The position numbers and the translations under genes were made by a program. Shown piece after piece: positions 16,298 to 24,615 of a stretch of 54,386 nt of DNA. The DNA is taken from contig PUKQ01000053.1 in NCBI GenBank assembly GCA_003550565.1, positions 1-54,386 on the forward strand. Reading direction: 5' to 3'. The notes beneath the pieces were generated by a model. It was given only the letters and a program-made list of their open reading frames with translations. It had not been told where the DNA came from and ran no database searches. This DNA is from Syntrophomonadaceae bacterium (GTDB taxonomy: Bacteria; Bacillota; Dethiobacteria; DTU022; PWGO01). Every line of letters starts with the position of its first letter. The stretch's first letter is position 1.

Positions 16298-17632
16298 TTG
16301 AATGTGGAGGTAACGCTTAATGAAAATATGACACCGCTGGCTAACCTTCTGGGTACCGGTTCGCTGGTGGGAGGGAAGGATGAAGCTGCTAAATATTTTG
16401 CTTCAATGAACATTGATGGCGATTTCCTGGTGGTTTGCCCCGGGACCACCGAGGAGGTTCAGCGGGTGCTGTCTTATGCCCGGGAAATGGGTATACCGGT
16501 TTATACGTTGAAAGATGATTTCCTCCCTGCCTGGATTAGCGGGGAAAAAGGAATTATTCTTGATACCTCTATGATGAAATCCATAGAGAAGATTGACATT
16601 GATGCCCTGGCGGTTAATGTGGAACCGGGTGTTACTTATGAAGAGCTTAGAGAAGAGCTTAACCGTTATGGATTGAAAACTTTAATGCCGGCTGTGGCTA
16701 CCTCTCCCTATGTGGCAAGAAACTCGGTTAACCGCGCATTAATGCAAGCGGCCAGCCGCTACCCGGAAACGCAGTTTTCGAACTTAGCGGTGGTTTTGCC
16801 TGACAGCAGGATTTTTAAAACGGGCGGGCATGCGCTGACGGATGAATATGCAGATTGGAAAGATGTTTTGGGGCCACATCTGGAAAAATGGTTTCATGCT
16901 TCGGAAGAAATCTATGGACTTATAACAAGAGCGACAATCTGGACGTATAAGCGTTTGGATGGAAGAGAAGCCGGCCTGTTTTATTTTGATGAGCGGGATA
17001 AAATGCTTGGCTTTCTGAAGGAAGTTTCAAGGAAAGAATTATGTCAGGAAGCAATGGGTTTTAATTCTTCCGCTGTTTCGAGGATATTGGAGCGTGAATT
17101 TTCTAAAGGATGGTATGCGCTGGTAGGCAATGAATCATTCGCAGAGCATGTAAAATACCAGGTGCGTAAAGTGAGGCAGATTTGTAAGAACTGGAAAGGT
17201 GAAAAAACCAAGGAAAAAAGCAAAGATTTGCTGCAAAAAATGGAAATTCCGTGGATACACAGCCCGACGGAACATTTGGGCTTTTATGCCCTTTATTCCC
17301 GCGCGCCGGAATTGGATAACTATATGGATGAATGCTTCTTATCCGGCAAAAAGAGTGAAAACGAATTGGAGAAATATTTTATTTCGGTAAGCTTCGGGCG
17401 GACAATCTATATGGGCTACAGGATCCCCGGTTTGAATGAAACTCGCTATTTGGACGTTGCGGTGGAAGCAATTGCCAGGGGAGCGTTTTTTAATCGGCCC
17501 CTGGGGAAACTTGCGGAGTATTATTATCCCAAGACAACTAACTATTTGGAAATGATGCGCAGGGTGAAAAATATGCTGGATCCGGAAGGATATTTGAACC
17601 CTCATCAGCCGTACTGGGGGTGGAATGAATGA
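16298..17632 (+). CDS. FAD-oxidase-family protein with a degenerate FAD-binding loop
   Basis: FAD_binding_4-like layout (FLVVCPGTTEEVQRVL..IILDTSMMKSIEKID..VEPGVTYEEL). The usual GxGxxxGG pyrophosphate loop is replaced by TLKDDFLPAWISGEKG. C-terminal MLDPEGYLNP. ATGA-coupled to the next gene. Confidence 0.7.
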   Translation: MNVEVTLNENMTPLANLLGTGSLVGGKDEAAKYFASMNIDGDFLVVCPGTTEEVQRVLSYAREMGIPVYTLKDDFLPAWISGEKGIILDTSMMKSIEKIDIDALAVNVEPGVTYEELREELNRYGLKTLMPAVATSPYVARNSVNRALMQAASRYPETQFSNLAVVLPDSRIFKTGGHALTDEYADWKDVLGPHLEKWFHASEEIYGLITRATIWTYKRLDGREAGLFYFDERDKMLGFLKEVSRKELCQEAMGFNSSAVSRILEREFSKGWYALVGNESFAEHVKYQVRKVRQICKNWKGEKTKEKSKDLLQKMEIPWIHSPTEHLGFYALYSRAPELDNYMDECFLSGKKSENELEKYFISVSFGRTIYMGYRIPGLNETRYLDVAVEAIARGAFFNRPLGKLAEYYYPKTTNYLEMMRRVKNMLDPEGYLNPHQPYWGWNE

Positions 17633-18840
17633 AAAAAGCTTCGACTGATATGCAGCATTATAGAAATAACGCTTGGGCCTGTGTGCGTTGTGGAATTTGC
17701 AAAATGACCAACCCGGAAAAGATCAGAGGCCAGAAACATGCAGATAACTGCCCCAGCGGCACTCGCTTTAAATTTGAGCCCTATTATGGTTCCGGTAAGC
17801 ATGAACTGGTAAGGGCTCTTACTTCATTCAGACCGGAGATTGGCATTGACGAAACGCTCTTACATGTCATTTACACCTGTACGCAATGCGGCGCATGCGG
17901 AGAGATATGCGAACCGGTAAAAGGGATTAACCCCTACCATGCCAGTGCTGCTTTGAGAGAGCATGTAGTGGAAGAAGGGTTTGGTCCGCTTCCCGAACAT
18001 AAAACGCTTATTAAGAGCATTATGAATTACGGAAACCCCTGGTTATCGCCGCGGGCATCGCGTACACGTTGGACAAAAAAACTCGGATTTAAGCCCAAAA
18101 ATGTGCAGAAAGAAAAGGTTTCAGTTCTTTTCTATCCGGGATGCACCCAGGCGCTGGATCCGGTAGTCCAGGAAGTAGCTATTGCCACAGCCCGCCTGCT
18201 TCAAAAAGCCCACGTTGATTTCGGCATGCTTTGGGATAAAGAATATTGCTGTGGCAGTACAGTTTTGCGGGTGGGAGACCGGGCCACCTTTAATACTATT
18301 AAAGACTATAATATGCAGATGTTCAAAGAACTTGATATTGATCTAATGGTTACTAGTTGCTCGGGATGTAACAGTATTCTCAAGGAAGAATATGCGGAAG
18401 AACTGCCTTTTCCGGTTATACACACTATCGAATATATTGACCAGCTCATACAGGAAGGGAAAATGAAACCATCGAAAAAGATAGCTTCAAGAAAAGCCAC
18501 CTATCATGATCCCTGCCACTTAGGCAGATACACAGATGTTTATGATGCTCCCAGGCGGGTAATAGAAGCAATCCCGGGTATAGATTTTGTGGAAATGGAT
18601 CGCATCCGTGAATATTCCTGGTGTTGTGCTGCGGGAGGAGGGGTCCGCACTGCTTTCCGCAATGACCTGGCCCTCTGGAGCGCCGATTTACGCTTGGAAG
18701 AGGCAAAGGAAACTGGAGCTGACTTGCTTCTTACCACCTGCCCGTTCTGTGAACAAAACTTCAAAGAGGCGGTGGCGCAGAAGGACTATGGCATAGAGAT
18801 TATGGATGTTTTGGAAGTTCTTGATTCCACTCTGGAGTAA
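17629..18840 (+). CDS. HdrD/GlcF-like Fe-S oxidoreductase (2x[4Fe-4S] plus two CCG domains)
   Basis: CVRCGICKM.., CTQCGACGEICEP, EYCCGST, SWCCAAGGGVR, CPFCEQN. Close paralogue of 23418-24599. Confidence 0.85.
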   Translation: MKKASTDMQHYRNNAWACVRCGICKMTNPEKIRGQKHADNCPSGTRFKFEPYYGSGKHELVRALTSFRPEIGIDETLLHVIYTCTQCGACGEICEPVKGINPYHASAALREHVVEEGFGPLPEHKTLIKSIMNYGNPWLSPRASRTRWTKKLGFKPKNVQKEKVSVLFYPGCTQALDPVVQEVAIATARLLQKAHVDFGMLWDKEYCCGSTVLRVGDRATFNTIKDYNMQMFKELDIDLMVTSCSGCNSILKEEYAEELPFPVIHTIEYIDQLIQEGKMKPSKKIASRKATYHDPCHLGRYTDVYDAPRRVIEAIPGIDFVEMDRIREYSWCCAAGGGVRTAFRNDLALWSADLRLEEAKETGADLLLTTCPFCEQNFKEAVAQKDYGIEIMDVLEVLDSTLE

Positions 18841-18870
18841 ATAGAGGGGTTTGAAGAGGAGGAGTGTTTA

Positions 18871-19227
18871 TTGATGATAGATCATGAATCAAGTTTAAAT
18901 GCCCGGGAAAATAATGTTAAAGGCAGTGAAAATAATATATTACAAGAACTCCGGGAAGTTTTGGGTGAGGATTGGGTGAGTAGCAACCCATCTGTTTTGG
19001 AGAACTACCGGGCTGCTTATGAGATTAATGCCGGAAAGAGGATGGAACCGGAAATCGTAGTGTTCCCTTCCTCTGACAGCGAAGTTAAAAAAGTGATTGA
19101 CATTGCTGAAAAATATGCAGTACCAATGTTGTCAATAGGTAAATATTTTGACCATACGGGAGAGCGTAATGCAGAACACGGCGGTGTTCTCATGGACCTT
19201 CGCCGTATGGATATTGTCGGGGGGTGA
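18871..19227 (+). CDS. N-terminal fragment of a VAO/PCMH-type FAD-binding oxidase (truncated duplicate of the next gene; possible pseudogene)
   Basis: 118 aa aligning with residues ~20-112 of the 19224 product (LGEDWVSSNPSVL / LGAEWVSDSPAVL; VVFPSSDSEVKKVI / VVLPSSTEEVQSVV; GGVLMDLRRMD / GGILMDLRRMD). It stops right after RRMD. It keeps a GAGGAGGAG SD. Confidence 0.55.
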   Translation: MMIDHESSLNARENNVKGSENNILQELREVLGEDWVSSNPSVLENYRAAYEINAGKRMEPEIVVFPSSDSEVKKVIDIAEKYAVPMLSIGKYFDHTGERNAEHGGVLMDLRRMDIVGG

Positions 19228-20783
19228 ATTATTTGCAGAATCAAGACAGAGTTGCCCGGGGCATGAACCCGGATAGTTTAAGGGAGGCCAAAAAGGAATT
19301 TGAGGAAGCTTTAGGTGCAGAGTGGGTCAGCGACAGCCCGGCGGTCCTTACTTGCTATCACCGTGATTTTACCATAATAGTAGGTAATAAGCCCCAGTTA
19401 GTGGTTTTGCCATCTTCCACGGAAGAAGTGCAGTCAGTAGTGCGTATTGCGCAAAAACACGAGATACCGCTTTTAGTTATGACTACCGGTTTTAATCACG
19501 CCGGACAGACTGTCCCGAAACGCGGGGGTATTTTGATGGATCTGCGCCGCATGGATAATATTTTAGAAGTTGACGAAGAAAGCATGACCGTTACTCTTTC
19601 CCCGTATATACGCATCGGCCCTATTTTTGAAGAATGTGTCAAAAGGGAATCTACCGGGGGAATGCGCATGATGCCCAGCAGTCCCATGACCCTCGCCAGC
19701 ATTTCATTGTTATCTAACTACGTCACGGGTGGAATGACTGAAATGTCCTATAAAACGGGGAATCACCATGAAAATATCGTAAGCTCTACCTGGGTGCTGC
19801 CTGATGGTGAGATTTTTGAATCAGGCCCTCTTACATTTGAAGATTTTGAAGATAAGGTAGGGGTGCTGGGGCCGGGTCCGGATATGTTGGGAATGCTTTT
19901 GTCTTCAGATGGAAACTTTGGTATATGCACGGAAATAACCATAAAAATCTTCAATAAATTTCCTATTGAAAAGACGTTTTTCCTGGAATACGAAGATGAA
20001 GATGAAAGAGATCTTGACGTCTTTTGTGAATTCTTCAAGGTAATCTGTAAAGAAAATTTTGTCCAGGATTTTTACAAATCCGGAAACTGTCATGCCGCTC
20101 AAGTTTTAACAGAGGATGCCACGGATATAATGGAATCTCTCGGGGTGCATTTCCTTTTCTTGAATATAAATGCCCTGGATGAAGAAGAACTTGCCATTAA
20201 GGAGAAACGCTTGCGAGAGATTGTCGACAGTATTGATGGTTTAACTTTTATGGCCGATGAGAGCATTAACCTTTTCTACCGGGCTATGGAGATACCGGAG
20301 GGAGAATTTACCTGGCAGATGTTCAGAAAGGTTTACAAGGGCGGCAGGTCTCAACGTTGGAAGGGAAGCTTTAATTGGATGGCTTATGCCTGCAAACTGG
20401 ATCAAGTTCCCGAGCTGGAAAGAATCCACCGGCGCCTGAGAGATAAATACTTTGCTACTACAGATCCTTTTGCAAGCAAAAAAACAATTCCCCAGGGCAT
20501 ATCTTTGCAGGGCCCCATGCAAATGGGACGAATGTGCGCTTTGGAATTTGATTACTACGTTGATCCGGGCCATCCTGATGAAATGTTGAAATTCAGAGAG
20601 ATGGTGCACAAGTTAGGAGAGGATTTTGCCCAACGCGGTGTGATGTTGGGGAAAGGGACCTTAATGCATAATTATCAGTTAAAGCGCATGGTGCCTTATA
20701 TAGATCTGGTAAGGCAAACCAAAAAAATGTTGGATCCTAACCTGGTAATGGCACCGGGGAACCTTCCCCTTTGGGATGATTAA
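19224..20783 (+). CDS. VAO/PCMH-type FAD-binding oxidoreductase
   Basis: 519 aa. FAD_binding_4 pattern: PQLVVLPSSTEEVQSVVRIAQKHEIPLLVMTTGFNHAGQ..GGILMDLRRMDNILEVDEE. C-terminal MLDPNLVMAPG. The GTG start overlaps the upstream stop. Confidence 0.8.
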   Translation: MNYLQNQDRVARGMNPDSLREAKKEFEEALGAEWVSDSPAVLTCYHRDFTIIVGNKPQLVVLPSSTEEVQSVVRIAQKHEIPLLVMTTGFNHAGQTVPKRGGILMDLRRMDNILEVDEESMTVTLSPYIRIGPIFEECVKRESTGGMRMMPSSPMTLASISLLSNYVTGGMTEMSYKTGNHHENIVSSTWVLPDGEIFESGPLTFEDFEDKVGVLGPGPDMLGMLLSSDGNFGICTEITIKIFNKFPIEKTFFLEYEDEDERDLDVFCEFFKVICKENFVQDFYKSGNCHAAQVLTEDATDIMESLGVHFLFLNINALDEEELAIKEKRLREIVDSIDGLTFMADESINLFYRAMEIPEGEFTWQMFRKVYKGGRSQRWKGSFNWMAYACKLDQVPELERIHRRLRDKYFATTDPFASKKTIPQGISLQGPMQMGRMCALEFDYYVDPGHPDEMLKFREMVHKLGEDFAQRGVMLGKGTLMHNYQLKRMVPYIDLVRQTKKMLDPNLVMAPGNLPLWDD

Positions 20784-20794
20784 TCTGTAATCTT

Positions 20795-20823
20795 AACACT
20801 GTGTGTTAACTTGTTAACTTATT
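20795..20823. repeat. solo exact copy of the 29-nt repeat core AACACTGTGTGTTAACTTGTTAACTTATT
   Basis: Identical to the core of the units in the 14177-14535 array. It sits immediately 5' of the AOR leader. Confidence 0.85.
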
Positions 20824-20830
20824 CATAATT

Positions 20831-20958
20831 TAGAAGCTCTGGTTGACCGGCCTTAGCCTTAAATGGCTCCGTTACCTTGTTTATAGAAAGGAGGAATGGC
20901 GATTCCTCTCCCATTTATGCTGTTACCCAGAAGTGGGAGTATCCTCGCCTAAAACAAG
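20831..20958 (+). promoter_or_regulatory. structured 5' leader of the AOR operon (copy B); candidate Moco/tungsten-cofactor riboswitch
   Basis: Hairpins GAGGAAT-ggcg-ATTCCTC followed by TCCCA, and CCCA-gaag-TGGG. AAAGGAG and CUCCCA elements resemble my recollection of the Moco RNA motif. It lies upstream of a pterin-cofactor enzyme. No SD lies within 15 nt of the ATG. The class is not verifiable by eye. Confidence 0.45.
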
Positions 20959-22794
20959 ATGAAGGGTTATACTGGCAAATATATCTGGATAAATCTGGAA
21001 GACAGGACTTATTCTGTGGAAGTGCTTCCGGAAGAAATAGCAAGAAAATATATCGGGGGATATGGGTTAGTTGCCTGGTCTCTTTATAATGAGATCCCTG
21101 CCGGAGTTGATCCGCTGTCTCCGCAAAATGTCATTGCTCTCTGGACCGGCCCTGTAGCAGGCACTCCCGTTCCAGTTTCTTCTAAATACGTCTTGGGCGC
21201 TCTTTCGCCGCTGACCGGTTTTATCGGCTTCGGTATCTCTTCGGGAGGAATTGCCTCGGAGTTGAAAGCAGCGGGTTGGGACGGAATCGTCATCCATGGG
21301 CGAGCTTCTTCCCCGGTTTACCTCTATATTAATAACAAAAGTATAGAGATAAAAGATGCGGGGCATTTGTGGGGGAAGTCTACATGGGACACAGAAGAAG
21401 AGATCCGCAGAGAACTTGATGACGATGAAATAAGAGTGGCGGGTATCGGCCCTTCCGGGGAATTAATGAACCGCTTGGCAAACATTACCAATGATCGTAA
21501 CCGCCAGGTAGGCCGGACGGGAATGGGGGCGGTTATGGGATCCAAAAATTTGAAAGCCATTTGTATGCGGGGTACAGAGAGTGTGGAGGTAGCGGCGCTT
21601 GATGAGCTTATGGAATTATGCCGGGACCTTTATTTACGCTGCCGTGGGCCGGCTACGGAAAAATACCGGGTTTTCGGAACTCCGGCTAATGTTTTGGTTC
21701 ACAACCGTCTGGGTTGCTTGCCCACTAATAATTTTCAGAAGGGCACCTTCAAGTATGCGGAAGATGTGTCCGGGGAAACTATGCTCAAAAACCTGGTGAA
21801 AAAAATTTCTGCCTGCCCTTCATGCCCCATAGCCTGCGATCATATCAACATGGTGGAAGAAGGTCCATGGGCAGGAGCGGTAGCCTCTGTTGACTATGAA
21901 TCTTTGGAACTGCTAGGGCCCAATTGTGGTGTGGGAGATTTAAATGCCATTACCCGCGCGGTAGAGTATTGTGACACTTTGGGAATGGATACTATTTCTG
22001 CCGGAGGCACCATAGCGTGGGCTATGGAATGCTATGAGAGGGGATTGCTGAGCAAGGAAGATTGTGATGGGCTTGAACTTCGGTTTGGCAATGCCGAGGC
22101 CATGGTGGAAGCTGTCAGGCGCATGTGCTTGCGGGAAGGCAAACTGGGAGAACTGTTGTCTGACGGTTCTGCCCGGGCGGCAGAAAAAGTGGGCAAAGAT
22201 TCTTCTCAGTATGTAATTACTAATAAAAAAATGGAATGGGGCGCTTACTCCATGCGCTCTTTGCAAACATCTACCCTTGGCTTCGCAACTTCGGTAAGGG
22301 GAGCGGATTATCTTCGTTCCGGTTCTTACCAGGATGATGTAAAAGGAAAAGTGGATCGTTATAAACTGGATCGTTCCCGCGGCAAGATCGTTTATGAGGG
22401 AGAAAACCTTTATGCGGCAATTGATTCAATGGTGATCTGCAAATTTACCCGTGGTATCTACAAAGATCCCGGCGAAATGGCCCGGGTAATCCGCCTGGTG
22501 ACCGGGTTTGACATGGATGAAGAGGAAATGATCAGGGCGGGAGAACGCATTCATAACCAGGCCAAACTCTTTAATATCCGTTTTGGTGCGGCTCGCAAGG
22601 ATGACTATCCCCCTCCCCGCGCTTTTAATGAAAAGCTTTATGATGATGTTTCCGACGGCGCGGTAATTAAATACGAGGAATATGAAGAAGCCCTTTCCGG
22701 ATACTACGAACATAGAGGTTGGAACGAGGAAGGGGTTCCCACGAAAGAACTCCTGAAAAAACTGGAACTTGACATGGGAATGGGGGTGGAATAG
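20959..22794 (+). CDS. tungsten-type aldehyde:ferredoxin oxidoreductase (AOR family)
   Basis: 611 aa, colinear with P. furiosus AOR as recalled: N-domain (GGYGL..DPLSPQN..GP.AGT), GMGAVMGSKNLKAI, the [4Fe-4S] motif CPSCPIAC, CDTLGMDTISAG, and DSMVICKF. Confidence 0.93.
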   Translation: MKGYTGKYIWINLEDRTYSVEVLPEEIARKYIGGYGLVAWSLYNEIPAGVDPLSPQNVIALWTGPVAGTPVPVSSKYVLGALSPLTGFIGFGISSGGIASELKAAGWDGIVIHGRASSPVYLYINNKSIEIKDAGHLWGKSTWDTEEEIRRELDDDEIRVAGIGPSGELMNRLANITNDRNRQVGRTGMGAVMGSKNLKAICMRGTESVEVAALDELMELCRDLYLRCRGPATEKYRVFGTPANVLVHNRLGCLPTNNFQKGTFKYAEDVSGETMLKNLVKKISACPSCPIACDHINMVEEGPWAGAVASVDYESLELLGPNCGVGDLNAITRAVEYCDTLGMDTISAGGTIAWAMECYERGLLSKEDCDGLELRFGNAEAMVEAVRRMCLREGKLGELLSDGSARAAEKVGKDSSQYVITNKKMEWGAYSMRSLQTSTLGFATSVRGADYLRSGSYQDDVKGKVDRYKLDRSRGKIVYEGENLYAAIDSMVICKFTRGIYKDPGEMARVIRLVTGFDMDEEEMIRAGERIHNQAKLFNIRFGAARKDDYPPPRAFNEKLYDDVSDGAVIKYEEYEEALSGYYEHRGWNEEGVPTKELLKKLELDMGMGVE

Positions 22795-23277
22795 ATGGCG
22801 GGGAAAAAAATAATAGTGTGTGATATGGATAAGTGCGCCGGTTGCGAGCTCTGCGAGTATGCCTGTTCCATATATAAAGATGGTGAGATCAACTGGAACA
22901 GGGCACGTATTCGTCATATACGCATCGAACCCATCTATGATATAGCTATTCTATGCCGTAAATGTGAAAGCCCCGAATGTATGCGTGCCTGCCCCCGGGA
23001 AGCAATTTCTGTTATCGGCGATAGCTCTGTAATGATTGATGAGGAGAAGTGTAATGGCTGCGGATGGTGTGTGGAGGCCTGTGACTTTGGAGCGATGAGG
23101 TTGGATGAAGTAAATGATCATGCTTATACCTGTGACTTTTGTGCCGAATATGAACAGCCGAAGTGTGTAGAAGTTTGCCCTTTTGAGGCTCTGGAATTTA
23201 CTACCCTGGATCAGGTTTCATTCGATAAAGGGAAAAGAGCCTTGATGAGGGTTATTCAGGAGAAAGGTGCGGGATAG
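22795..23277 (+). CDS. poly-[4Fe-4S] ferredoxin-like subunit (AorA/BamC/DmsB-like)
   Basis: 160 aa with four Cys clusters (CAGCELCEYAC, CRKCESPECMRACP, CNGCGWCVEAC, CDFC..CVEVCP). Its start abuts the AOR stop. Confidence 0.9.
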   Translation: MAGKKIIVCDMDKCAGCELCEYACSIYKDGEINWNRARIRHIRIEPIYDIAILCRKCESPECMRACPREAISVIGDSSVMIDEEKCNGCGWCVEACDFGAMRLDEVNDHAYTCDFCAEYEQPKCVEVCPFEALEFTTLDQVSFDKGKRALMRVIQEKGAG

Positions 23278-23417
23278 ATAAACAGGGGAAACAAAAGAAT
23301 TATTATGTATGCTAATAGAGAAACATTTAGGGGTTGGATGTAACCGGAAACTTTCTATCAACTAACTACACCCGGAAAAGAGATCCGGTGATAACAATGA
23401 AAGCGAAGGGATGAAAT

Positions 23418-24599
23418 ATGACGCACAATAAGGCTTTGGAAATTTACCCCGGCGAACTTGATTTTTTTACTTCCCGCCTTTTGCAGACGGAAGCGGGGGA
23501 AAAATTGTTACACTGTATTCAATGCGGAACCTGCAGTGGTTCTTGCCCTACGGTTAAATCCTGGGGCATAACTCCCCGGCAGTTGGTGAGGCTGCTGCAG
23601 CTGGGGAAAAAAGAAGAGATTCTTCGTCCGGAGGTGCTCTATTTCTGTTCACAGTGCTATGCTTGCAAAGCACGCTGTCCCATGGGTATTAAGCTTTCGG
23701 ATGTTCTCATTGAATTGCGCCATATTGCCGTTCAAAACAAAGTAGGTCCCTTAGAGCCACAGACAGCCCTCGTTAAAAGCGTCCGCAACTATGACAATCC
23801 CTGGATGCAGCCGCGGGCGCAAAGGGATCGCTGGGCCAAAAAGCTCCGCCTGAACATTATCCCCCGGAAAAAAGCGAAAGTTTTGTACTATCCCGGCTGT
23901 ACGGCAGCTTTTGTACCTGCCGTGCAAGGAGTGGCTTTTGCTACTGCCCGCCTTTTCCAATACCTGGATATTGATTTTGGCATTCTGGGACGTGAAGAAA
24001 AGTGCTGTGGTTCTACTTCGTTTAGGGTGGGAGAAAAAGAACTTTATGAAGAACTTGCCCTCCAAAATATTGAGCAGTTTAACTCCAGCGGGGTAAAGAC
24101 TATTGTTACTGCTTGTGCCGGTTGTTTCGGCGTCATTAAACATGAGTACCCCAAACTTGCTTGCCTGGAACCGGAAGTTTTGCACCTTTCCGAGTTTTTA
24201 GTTCGCCTGGTGGAAGAAGGGCGATTGAAGTTTCCCGCATACCCTCTGAAAGTTACTTATCACGATCCCTGTCATCTGGGAAGGCACGGAGGGGTTTTTG
24301 AGGCTCCCCGGAAGGTCCTGGAAATGATTCCGGGAGTTGATTTGTTGGAGATGCATCGGATCAAAGAAAACAGTCGATGTTGCGGCGCCGGAGGCGGGGT
24401 GCGTACCGCCCATGCGAATTTTGCCGGAGAGCTGGCCGCAGCACGCTTGGACGAAGCCATAAATACAGGTGCCGAGGCATTGGTTACCTGCTGCCCTTTC
24501 TGTGAACAAAATCTCGGGGACGCTTTAAAAGCTGCCGGAAACCCCCTCCAATTTTATGATCTGGTAGAACTGATTACTAAAATATTTAAAATAACGTGA
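23418..24599 (+). CDS. HdrD-like Fe-S oxidoreductase (2x[4Fe-4S] plus two CCG domains)
   Basis: CIQCGTCSGSCP, CSQCYACKARCP, EKCCGSTSFR, SRCCGAGGGVR, CPFCEQN. Confidence 0.85.
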   Translation: MTHNKALEIYPGELDFFTSRLLQTEAGEKLLHCIQCGTCSGSCPTVKSWGITPRQLVRLLQLGKKEEILRPEVLYFCSQCYACKARCPMGIKLSDVLIELRHIAVQNKVGPLEPQTALVKSVRNYDNPWMQPRAQRDRWAKKLRLNIIPRKKAKVLYYPGCTAAFVPAVQGVAFATARLFQYLDIDFGILGREEKCCGSTSFRVGEKELYEELALQNIEQFNSSGVKTIVTACAGCFGVIKHEYPKLACLEPEVLHLSEFLVRLVEEGRLKFPAYPLKVTYHDPCHLGRHGGVFEAPRKVLEMIPGVDLLEMHRIKENSRCCGAGGGVRTAHANFAGELAAARLDEAINTGAEALVTCCPFCEQNLGDALKAAGNPLQFYDLVELITKIFKIT

Positions 24600-24615
24600 G
24601 GAAGGGAAATTCTCA

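Noticed and set aside
18871-20783. Possible frameshifted or selenocysteine (TGA) read-through version of a single FAD oxidase gene.
   Set aside because: The two ORFs are in different frames and both encode the same N-terminal segment of the domain. They are duplicates, not two halves of one protein.
20877-21089. 70-aa + strand ORF starting inside the AOR leader.
   Set aside because: It is out of frame with, and overlaps, the AOR gene, whose N-terminus (MKGYTGKYIWINL..) matches AOR proteins. The region is better explained as structured RNA.
22426-22917. 163-aa antisense ORF. Similar long - strand ORFs occur at 30372-30884, 34436-34909, 38313-38825, 41759-42253, 42452-42925 and 52144-52623.
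   Set aside because: All are fully embedded opposite strongly supported + strand genes. They lack SD sequences and recognisable motifs, and are typical shadow ORFs.
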